From: Clostridia bacterium | Lineage (GTDB): Bacteria; Bacillota; Clostridia; Oscillospirales; Acutalibacteraceae | Length of the DNA: 64,000 nucleotides | Direction: 5' to 3' | NCBI GenBank assembly: GCA_030532035.1 | Contig: JAUNLX010000006.1 | Span: 6,191-70,190, forward strand | Shown: in pieces, positions 56,678 through 64,000 of the stretch | How positions within the stretch are numbered: position 1 is the stretch's first letter | Layout of the letters: the number at the start of each line of letters is the position of its first letter | Made by a program: the position numbers and the translations under genes | Notes under the pieces: generated by a model | The model's input: only the letters and a program-made list of their open reading frames with translations | Databases searched by the model: none | Told to the model about the DNA's origin: nothing

Positions 56678-57754
56678 TTATTCGCTTAAATTATCTAAAA
56701 AATCTACTACAGCTTTGTTAATTTCCACAAGCGCCTCTTCCCCCTTTTTCTTATCCAATCCTCCGTCGATTAAGTTTGTAAGAAATGGTGAAGCTAAAGA
56801 CATATCCGTAAGTCCTATATGTCCAACACCTTCAATATGTACATTTACAAATTTTCTGTTGCCTGCGTCTATCAGTTCTTGATTAAGGGAGTAGGTCGTA
56901 ATTTCACTCATTTTACCCCACAGCGAATCAGAGTATATATGAAGTATGGGTCTGGGATATTCATCTTTATTAAAGATATATTTATTATCATCAATTGCAA
57001 CAATGTCTTTTACAAATGGAGATTCTAAAATAACTAAAGCTTTAATATTTTCAGCTCTTTGTTTACCGACAGCAAGTGCTGCCGAGCCACCAAGAGAATG
57101 CCCAGATAAAATTATTTGTTTTGTATCAATTTTTCTTTCGTAAATATTATCTTCTCTTTTATCTAAAATTTTATCTAAAACAAAGTTAATGTCTTCAATT
57201 CGAGGGTCAACCCAACGATTCAAATCTTTTAAATTCTTGTCTATTTCCTTTACGCCCTTTGAACTTACAACTTCTTTGAAGAATGTTGAATCTACAAAAA
57301 CAGTTTTACCAGATGATAATTTTGTAAAAAAGGAATGATGTGGATGAGATAAAGACATAACTACATATCCACGAGAAGCAAGTTCGGAGTATAAGGTTTC
57401 ATTGGAAGATCCTATTCCAAATGAGCCATGCGAAAAAATCAAAAGAGGATGTTCCCCATCTTTTAGATTTTCCGGATAATATACATAAATCGGAATTTCC
57501 CTTGCATTCCCATCAGTAGCCATATCAGAGTATTTCGTTTCATTCACATAGTAAACCATATCTGTTTTAACTTTATTTGTTCCTGTAGGTTCGGGCATAT
57601 CAAGTAACGGAAAAACAAGCTTACTAGCAATAAATAAGACAAAAACAATTTCAATAATTACGATAATTATCTTTATCCATGCTTTTGCAATTTTTTTGAT
57701 GATGGTAAAGATAATTAAAATAATCAATAAAATTAAAGCAATTTTCCAAATCAA
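56678..57754 (-). CDS. membrane-anchored alpha/beta hydrolase (PAF-acetylhydrolase/dienelactone hydrolase-like)
   Basis: 358 aa with two N-terminal TM helices, a GHSLGG nucleophile elbow, HG oxyanion region (IFSHGSFG) and C-terminal GVGHIG. Confidence 0.8.
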   Translation of the reverse strand: MIWKIALILLIILIIFTIIKKIAKAWIKIIIVIIEIVFVLFIASKLVFPLLDMPEPTGTNKVKTDMVYYVNETKYSDMATDGNAREIPIYVYYPENLKDGEHPLLIFSHGSFGIGSSNETLYSELASRGYVVMSLSHPHHSFFTKLSSGKTVFVDSTFFKEVVSSKGVKEIDKNLKDLNRWVDPRIEDINFVLDKILDKREDNIYERKIDTKQIILSGHSLGGSAALAVGKQRAENIKALVILESPFVKDIVAIDDNKYIFNKDEYPRPILHIYSDSLWGKMSEITTYSLNQELIDAGNRKFVNVHIEGVGHIGLTDMSLASPFLTNLIDGGLDKKKGEEALVEINKAVVDFLDNLSE

Positions 57755-57796
57755 AACAATCTCCTATGTTATACAAAACAATTTTGAGTCTATCAA

Positions 57797-58018
57797 TCAC
57801 TTAAAAATAATAAGTAATACGGCAATTATAAGTAATAAAAAGCCTAAAATAAATTCAATTAATCCGACTTTTTTAGCATAATACTCATCTTTTCTACCCG
57901 ATTTATAGTCGTCCTCAAAGCCATTGATTAAATTGTACTTGCCCTTAAAATATATGAAATATCCAAAAAGTATAAAAACTAAGCCCAGTAAGATGGTTAC
58001 GATTTTAATCGTTAGCAT
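57797..58018 (-). CDS. DUF3784-like small two-TM membrane protein
   Basis: 73 aa with two hydrophobic helices flanking a charged loop (NLINGFEDDYKSGRKDEYYAKK). Confidence 0.6.
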   Translation of the reverse strand: MLTIKIVTILLGLVFILFGYFIYFKGKYNLINGFEDDYKSGRKDEYYAKKVGLIEFILGFLLLIIAVLLIIFK

Positions 58019-58186
58019 AGAGTCCTCCTTTGGAGTGTAAAAGCTTCATTTTCCGTTTCAGTTAAAAATTTACTTTCCCTTTCATTTTAACTTAGTCAAA
58101 AATATTTATCAATCAAATTGGCAACTCAAGTACCAGAAATAAAGCTTTTATATGCTCTTTGTTTTCCTGAAATATTGGTTACAAGA

Positions 58187-58214
58187 TTGATATTTTTTAA
58201 TAAAATAGTATAAT
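58187..58214 (+). promoter_or_regulatory. candidate sigma-A promoter of the glycan locus
   Basis: TTGATA, 16 nt, TATAAT, about 110 nt upstream of the ATG at 58324. Confidence 0.5.
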
Positions 58215-58323
58215 GTGAAAGGTAAAGTGTCGGTCTATATTAATGTACACAACAGTTTTTGATTTTATAAGTTCTATAAAATTTGAAAAATCCATTTAAA
58301 TCTATATCAAGAAAGGCAGTTCC

Positions 58324-59709
58324 ATGACAAAAGATTCAAATTTAATTGAAGACAATAGTTCTAATCGCTTTTATGATTTTTTAGAAAAATTTTATTCTAC
58401 AATTCAAACAAGCGTTTTTTTATTACTCATAACAATGATTTGGGTAAATCCCTTGATTTTCAAATCAAATGTGTATAAATATACAGTATCAATGGGAGTA
58501 TTATTATCTTTAGTATCTATTGCAATCAATTTACTTCATGGAAGATCGTTTTTTAACTACAAAAAATATAGGCTCGAGTATCTAATTGCTATTTTAACAA
58601 TAGGAATTTCTTTTTTATTCAATGCTTTTTATCACAATATTATATTAAGTTATATTATTATTGCCTTTACTTTTTTGATAATCATTCCTCTTTGGCATCT
58701 GTCTATGACTTATGAATCTATCGATTTTTATTTTTTACCTCTTGCAAAAGGAATATTATACTCATATGTAATTTTCATACTTACATCTGTTATTTCAGGG
58801 CCTATGTTGACTTTGAGGCACTATTCTGCCGTTACCATAAACCCTAATATAGCTGGGGCTTTTTCTATTATAGTAACAAGTGCAAGTATCTATTTATTAT
58901 TTTTCAATATAAAAAATGGAAAGAGTTTTTGTAAATTTTTCATTCCAATGTCTTTGTCTATAGCTCTATGTTTGTTCACTCAATCGAGAACCTCTCTCAT
59001 TTCTGTTATAGCGCAAATCATATTCGCATTTATTGTTGCTATTCCCTATTTTTCAAAAAATTTTGAAAATAAAAAGGTTTATTTCAAAAAATTTGTTGGT
59101 GTTATTGTTTCTTTATTAGTTTCTTTTATAATTGCAATAAGCCTATTGTTTGTACTTTTAACCTTTGTAAAAGAAGAAATAATTCAAATTGCGCCACAAA
59201 TACAAATTGAAATTGATACCTCCGAAAAAATTTCTGATGTATCCAATGCAATTGATAACATTGAGGGTACACTAAAAAAAGGTATTGATACAAAAGACGG
59301 AGATTCATTTACATCTGGAAGATTGGGAATTTGGAATGATTTTCTAAAAAATATTAAATTAACAGGACATGCAAAAGAAGGCAGAGATATAATTGTTAAA
59401 AATCGTGTATACAAAGGCACAAATTCTCATAATGTCTACATTCAAGTTGCATATTCAGCTGGTGTCTTTGCGGGTATTGCAATGCTCCTATTAATGATTT
59501 TTATTATTATAAAATCTTTTATATGCTTTTTTAATATATTTAAAAAACAAGATGTATCTCCGGGAATGATTTTTTCTATTTGTTCTGCTATTGGATTCTT
59601 TTTCTTCTCAATCACATCTGGCGGATATATGATGTTTACATATTTTCCCTCAACACTTTTCTGGATTTTAATGGCAGGTTTTTCTATTAAAAAGGAGAAA
59701 CAAAAATGA
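58324..59709 (+). CDS. O-antigen ligase/polymerase (Wzy-like) family membrane protein
   Basis: 461 aa, about 11 TM, with a large hydrophilic loop (residues about 290-360) followed by GTNSHNVYIQVAYSAG typical of the Wzy_C/O-antigen ligase domain. Confidence 0.75.
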   Translation: MTKDSNLIEDNSSNRFYDFLEKFYSTIQTSVFLLLITMIWVNPLIFKSNVYKYTVSMGVLLSLVSIAINLLHGRSFFNYKKYRLEYLIAILTIGISFLFNAFYHNIILSYIIIAFTFLIIIPLWHLSMTYESIDFYFLPLAKGILYSYVIFILTSVISGPMLTLRHYSAVTINPNIAGAFSIIVTSASIYLLFFNIKNGKSFCKFFIPMSLSIALCLFTQSRTSLISVIAQIIFAFIVAIPYFSKNFENKKVYFKKFVGVIVSLLVSFIIAISLLFVLLTFVKEEIIQIAPQIQIEIDTSEKISDVSNAIDNIEGTLKKGIDTKDGDSFTSGRLGIWNDFLKNIKLTGHAKEGRDIIVKNRVYKGTNSHNVYIQVAYSAGVFAGIAMLLLMIFIIIKSFICFFNIFKKQDVSPGMIFSICSAIGFFFFSITSGGYMMFTYFPSTLFWILMAGFSIKKEKQK

Positions 59710-60722
59710 TTTTAATTATCGGTGGAACAAGTTTTTTAGGCGTCCATACTGCTGAAGCCTTTATCCAAAATGGGTTTGAGGTTGCAGTAACAGGGCGAGA
59801 AAATAAATTCAAAAATTTCTACGAAAAAAAAGGAATTGAATATTACAATCTCGACATAACAAAATCTGAGGATTTTAGTTCTCTAAATTTAACTAATGTT
59901 GATGCGGTAATTCTTTTAGCCGCTCTTCTTCCTGCAAATGCAACCGCAAATCTTATTGACGAAGAAAATGCAGCAGATTATTTTAAAGTAAATACTATAG
60001 GTACTATAAATGCTCTTGAATATTGCAGAAAAAACAATATAAAAAAATTAATCTCTACAATATCATATTCCGATGTTGCAGCGTCACTAAAAAAAGATGT
60101 TGTCATTACTGAAAAAGAACCCAGAAATTACTTTTATAAAGGAGACCATGCTGTATATGCTTTTTCTAAAAATGCCGCAAGCGATGTAATGGAATATTAT
60201 AATCAACAGCACAATATGAATAACATCTGGTTTCGATTGCCGACCGTTTATGGCATTGGACCACATGGAGAACTATTTGTAGATGGAAAATTAAAAAAAT
60301 CTGGTATTCAAATATTTATGGAAAAAGCCAGCTTAGGCGAAGATATTACAATTTTTGGTGATAAAGATTTGAGCCGAGATGTTTCTTATGTAAAAGATGT
60401 AGCTTATGCTTTTGTACAAGCTACAAAAGGTTCTAATGCAAAAGGGCTTTATAATATAACTGCTGGCAACCCTGTTACTTTAGAAGAACAAGCAAAAGTA
60501 ATAATAGATATTTTTGCAAAAAATGAATCTCAAAAATCTAATTTAATCTATGACGAAAACAAAAAAAATGATTCTTTGTCTTATAGTTTTTCAATAGAAA
60601 AAGCAAAAAAAGACTTTGGATATAACCCAAAATTCAAAACTTTCAGAGATATGATGCTTGATTTTAAAAAAGATATGGACATTGGACTTTATCAAGATTT
60701 ATTTAATTACCAAAAACTATAA
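59706..60722 (+). CDS. NAD-dependent epimerase/dehydratase (extended SDR)
   Basis: MILIIGGTSFLG Rossmann motif and YAFSK (YxxxK). ATGA overlap with the upstream gene. Confidence 0.85.
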   Translation: MILIIGGTSFLGVHTAEAFIQNGFEVAVTGRENKFKNFYEKKGIEYYNLDITKSEDFSSLNLTNVDAVILLAALLPANATANLIDEENAADYFKVNTIGTINALEYCRKNNIKKLISTISYSDVAASLKKDVVITEKEPRNYFYKGDHAVYAFSKNAASDVMEYYNQQHNMNNIWFRLPTVYGIGPHGELFVDGKLKKSGIQIFMEKASLGEDITIFGDKDLSRDVSYVKDVAYAFVQATKGSNAKGLYNITAGNPVTLEEQAKVIIDIFAKNESQKSNLIYDENKKNDSLSYSFSIEKAKKDFGYNPKFKTFRDMMLDFKKDMDIGLYQDLFNYQKL

Positions 60723-60753
60723 TTGACTTTTGCTTAACCGTAAGGAGTATTTC

Positions 60754-61875
60754 GTGAAAAAAGTTTTATTAATTGCAAATGCAAACTCAGTTTGGACAAA
60801 AGAATATGTGAAAAATATTCACTATAAATTTAATAATAAAGTTTATATCACTGATTATTATGGATTAAACGATGATGAAAAACAGTTTTACAAAAATTTA
60901 AATGTCGAAATTATAGATTTATTTACCGATATAAAGTTATTTAAATTTATAAAATATTTTGTTGAATTTAAAAAATTTGCAAAAGAACACCGAGATGAAA
61001 TAGATATTGTCGATATACAGAGTCCCCCTCACTCCATTCAAACATATTTAATTCATAAAACAATAAAAAAATTAAATGCAAAATCAATAATAACTTTTTG
61101 GGGTTCCGACATATTGCGTATAAATTCAAGAGACGCAAAATCAATGCAAAAGTTAATAAAACAAGCTACCTGGATTAATATAGGTACCGATCACATGTTT
61201 GAAGTTTTCAAAAAATATTATGATGACAGTTACAACGATAAGTGTACTTTTGTCGAATTTGGCAGTCCAGCCCTTTCGTACATCAAAGATTGTCCTTTAA
61301 CAAAAACTGAATGTAAAAAAATATTTGGACTCAACAGTGAAAAAATTACTGTTGCAGTTGGATATAACGGCGGAAAAGCTCAGCAACATCTTTTGGCAAT
61401 ACAAGCGTTGTCTGAACTAAAAGACGATTTAAAAAATAAAATTCAACTGATGTTGCACGTTGGTTACAATACAAATTCAGAATATAATAAAGAAATAGAA
61501 GCAGCTCTACAAAAAAGTAATTTTGATTATGTTATGTTAAAAGAAATGCTTAATTTAGAAGAAATTGCAAAACTTCGTTTGGCAACAGATATATTTGTTC
61601 ACGCCCAAACAACAGACGGATTATCTGGTTCTATTAGAGAGGCTGTGTATTCAGGAGCAATTTTATTAAATCCTGAATGGCTTAAATATGATAAATTTGA
61701 TAATGACGGTGTTGAATATATAAAATATGCAGACTTTCAACAGTTGCCCTCTAAAATCACTGATGTTTTAGAAGGCAATATATCAATAGATAAATGTAAA
61801 AATAAAGAAATTCTCGATAATGAATATTCTTGGAAGTCAGTAGAGCATAAGTGGAAAAGGATGTTCGATGATTAA
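60754..61875 (+). CDS. glycosyltransferase, GT-B fold, possibly WecF/GT56-like
   Basis: GTG start after a TAAGGAG RBS. The layout ...VGYNGG..QQHL.AI.AL...V.YN...Y..EIE.....F....L.E.L...E...L....DIFV.AQ.TDG.SG resembles 4-alpha-L-fucosyltransferase-type enzymes. Family assignment is from memory only. Confidence 0.6.
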   Translation: MKKVLLIANANSVWTKEYVKNIHYKFNNKVYITDYYGLNDDEKQFYKNLNVEIIDLFTDIKLFKFIKYFVEFKKFAKEHRDEIDIVDIQSPPHSIQTYLIHKTIKKLNAKSIITFWGSDILRINSRDAKSMQKLIKQATWINIGTDHMFEVFKKYYDDSYNDKCTFVEFGSPALSYIKDCPLTKTECKKIFGLNSEKITVAVGYNGGKAQQHLLAIQALSELKDDLKNKIQLMLHVGYNTNSEYNKEIEAALQKSNFDYVMLKEMLNLEEIAKLRLATDIFVHAQTTDGLSGSIREAVYSGAILLNPEWLKYDKFDNDGVEYIKYADFQQLPSKITDVLEGNISIDKCKNKEILDNEYSWKSVEHKWKRMFDD

Positions 61876-63286
61876 TTTTTTAAAAAAAATTGGAAGTTTT
61901 TCTGTTGGTCCCATTATTGGGGCTTTAATCAGCTTTATTACTGTTCCAATCATTACTCATTTTATTTCTCCCGAAGAATATGGTAAAGCGAGTATGTTTA
62001 TTTTGGCACAAAGCACATTTTCAGCAGTAATGTATTTGGGAATGGATCAGGCTTTTGTCAGAGAATTCAACATAATGAAAAAAAATATTACAAAACTTTT
62101 ATACAACGCCATGTTGATTCCCATAAGCTTGTCAATATTAACAGCTTTGGTTTCAATAGCATTTTCTAAAAATGTAAGTCAAGTTCTTTTTAATACTCCT
62201 GATGAGACTTTGGCAGTATATGCACTTGCATTTCTTTTACCATTTATGGTAATTGAAACATTTGCTTTATTAAAAATTAGAATGGAAGAAAAAGGGTTAC
62301 TCTATTCATTCTATACAATCTTATTAAAGACAGTTATTTTAATTGTAACCATACTTTTATTTGTTTCGTATGAAGCTTCGTTTAGAAGCGTCGTATATGC
62401 GGCCTCCATTGGAGAAATTTTCACAGGGTTTTTACTTGGCATTTTTTTAATAAAAGATAATAGATTTTCTAACAAACTCATTGATAAAGAACTCCAAAAA
62501 AAGATGCTAAAATTTGGTGTGCCGCTTGTTCCAGCTTTTGCAGTAGGATGGATACTGACATCTATGGATAAAGTTATGCTGCGTACAATGTGTACCTATG
62601 AGGAACTTGGTGTTTATTCTGCCGCTTTCAAGATAGTTTCCGTTTTGAGCGTCTTGCAAGCTTGTTTTACTCTTTATTGGACTCCGGTAGCATACAGATG
62701 GTATCAGGAAAAAAAAGAAGGCAAATCTTTTGAAAATGTCAGTAAAATTGTCACTGTGCTAATGACAACAATCTGCTTAGGAATTTTGTTGCTAAAAAAT
62801 TTAGTTGCTATTATTTTGGGAAATGACTTTAAGAAAGCCATTTCTATATTCCCCTTTTTGTTGTTGTTCCCCGTATTATATACACTTGCGGAAACGACTG
62901 GTATAGGAATTGGGTTCAAGAGAAAGACATGGTATAATATCTTAGTGAGTTTTATAGCAGGAATTACCAATATTGCGTTAAATTGGCTCTTAATACCAAT
63001 TTTTAGTGGCACTGGTGCTGCAATGGCGACCGGTTTATCATATATTGCTTTTTTCTGGGGCAAAACTCTAATTTCACGCAAACTTTGGTATAAATTTGAT
63101 TTGAAAATTTATATAATAGCTATGTTAATTGTTCTGTTGAACTGTACCACACATACCTTTTTAAGTGGTTGGATTCCGTATACAATAACAGGAATAAACT
63201 TAATCATTATATTTATATATATATTAGTCTTTGTTAAGAAGAATAATATAGTGGAGAGATTTAAAAGTGGAGAATTATTTAAATAA
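61868..63286 (+). CDS. wzx: oligosaccharide flippase (Wzx, MOP superfamily)
   Basis: 472 aa, 12-14 TM, with the typical polysaccharide biosynthesis protein N-terminus and P..Y.W loop. Overlaps the upstream stop. Confidence 0.8.
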   Translation: MINFLKKIGSFSVGPIIGALISFITVPIITHFISPEEYGKASMFILAQSTFSAVMYLGMDQAFVREFNIMKKNITKLLYNAMLIPISLSILTALVSIAFSKNVSQVLFNTPDETLAVYALAFLLPFMVIETFALLKIRMEEKGLLYSFYTILLKTVILIVTILLFVSYEASFRSVVYAASIGEIFTGFLLGIFLIKDNRFSNKLIDKELQKKMLKFGVPLVPAFAVGWILTSMDKVMLRTMCTYEELGVYSAAFKIVSVLSVLQACFTLYWTPVAYRWYQEKKEGKSFENVSKIVTVLMTTICLGILLLKNLVAIILGNDFKKAISIFPFLLLFPVLYTLAETTGIGIGFKRKTWYNILVSFIAGITNIALNWLLIPIFSGTGAAMATGLSYIAFFWGKTLISRKLWYKFDLKIYIIAMLIVLLNCTTHTFLSGWIPYTITGINLIIIFIYILVFVKKNNIVERFKSGELFK

Positions 63287-64000
63287 ATCTGTTTTAATTT
63301 TAGGTGCTAGCGAACTTCAAATTCCAGCAATTTTATCTGCCAAAAAAAATGGTATTCGTACAATAGTTGTCGATTATGATCCAGAAGCTACTGGGATAAA
63401 ATATGCTGATAAATTCTATAATATAAGCACCTTAGATTATGACGGTGTTTTGAAAGTTGCTAAAGAAGAAAATATTGACGGTATAGTTACCATCTGTAGT
63501 GATAGACCGATGAATATAATTTCTAAAATTGGCTCTGAGCTAAAATTAAATACAATATCCCCTGAAGCTGCGAATGTGGCAACAAATAAGGCGGCAATGA
63601 GGAAAGCTCTGAAAGAACACAATGTACCAATTCCTGAGTTTTACATAATTAAAAATTTTGATGAATTTGATAAGGTATCAAATGAATTTGGCTACCCTTT
63701 TATTGTTAAGCCATCTGACAATTCTGGCAGCAGAGGAATAACTTTATTAAAAGATGACAGCGAAAAATTAAGCGCATACAAATATGCGAAAGACAATTCA
63801 TCTGACGGTTTGGTATTAATTGAAGAATATATGGTAGGTAAAGAAGTCAGCGTTGAAATTTTTGTTTCAAATGAAACCATTCATATTATACAAATTACAG
63901 ATAAAATAACTACTGGTCCACCCCATTTCGTAGAAATGGGACATACTCAACCTACGAATTTAAGTTTGGATATTCAGAATAAAATAATAGATGTTGCAAA
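63267..64000 (+). CDS. ATP-grasp domain protein (carboxylate-amine ligase type), 3' end cut by window edge
   Basis: Edge-truncated ORF absent from the track. GTG start after a GGAGAG RBS. Translation: VENYLNKSVLILGASELQIPAI...NKAAMRKALKEHNVPIPEF...YPFIVKPSDNSGSRGI...LIEEYMVGKEVSVE. Confidence 0.8.
   Translation, partial: MENYLNKSVLILGASELQIPAILSAKKNGIRTIVVDYDPEATGIKYADKFYNISTLDYDGVLKVAKEENIDGIVTICSDRPMNIISKIGSELKLNTISPEAANVATNKAAMRKALKEHNVPIPEFYIIKNFDEFDKVSNEFGYPFIVKPSDNSGSRGITLLKDDSEKLSAYKYAKDNSSDGLVLIEEYMVGKEVSVEIFVSNETIHIIQITDKITTGPPHFVEMGHTQPTNLSLDIQNKIIDVA

Noticed and set aside
1-64000. Search for mobile elements, prophage, integrons or defence islands
   Set aside because: I found no transposase, integrase, recombinase, restriction-modification, Cas, abortive-infection or toxin-antitoxin signatures in any frame. 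The tRNA genes show no flanking direct repeats suggestive of integration.

Overview
Low-GC (about 30% by eye), densely coding chromosomal segment from a Gram-positive bacterium (Bacillota). Gene content fits an anaerobic Clostridia/Tissierellia-type organism, but I cannot name the taxon from sequence alone. Most of the window is core housekeeping. It holds edge-truncated uvrB, the deoD-cdd-pdp nucleoside salvage operon, and mgtE with a probable M-box leader. It also holds a Trp-Asp-Thr tRNA cluster and a lone tRNA-Leu. A long minus-strand gene train follows: comEA, MBOAT, exonuclease, ispH-S1 fusion, plsC, cmk, an HI0933-type flavoprotein, RpiR, an AI-2E-like protein, an NSS transporter and TetR. 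Next come a TetR-flanked GlpA-like/DUF1667 flavoprotein trio, a partial purine operon (yigZ-purE-F-M-N plus PurO-type IMP cyclohydrolase) and rpmE. A compact dcw cluster runs mraZ-rsmH-ftsL-pbp-murF-mraY-ftsW-murG-ftsQ-ftsZ, followed by membrane pyrophosphatase hppA. The last third looks more accessory: a 1075-aa EAL protein, two FemAB paralogs, an XAT acetyltransferase, a beta-lactamase-fold hydrolase, and the start of a Wzx/Wzy glycan locus ending in an edge-truncated ATP-grasp gene. I found no transposase, integrase, phage genes, CRISPR array or recognisable defence genes, and I cannot support a claim of a novel multi-gene system. The items most worth a second look are: (i) one GC-rich hairpin core amplified as tandem repeats at two separate convergent intergenic sites (43-bp and 63-bp periods); (ii) an unannotated stand-alone 39-codon ORF with strong RBS and its own terminator; (iii) an MBOAT whose usual extracytoplasmic partner is reduced to a 124-aa stub translationally coupled to a DEDDh exonuclease, with a tRNA-Leu starting 1 nt after that stop codon; (iv) an EAL phosphodiesterase carrying about 560 aa of repeated PAS-like modules C-terminal to the catalytic domain. 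All product calls rest on motifs I recognised in the translations. No database search was run.
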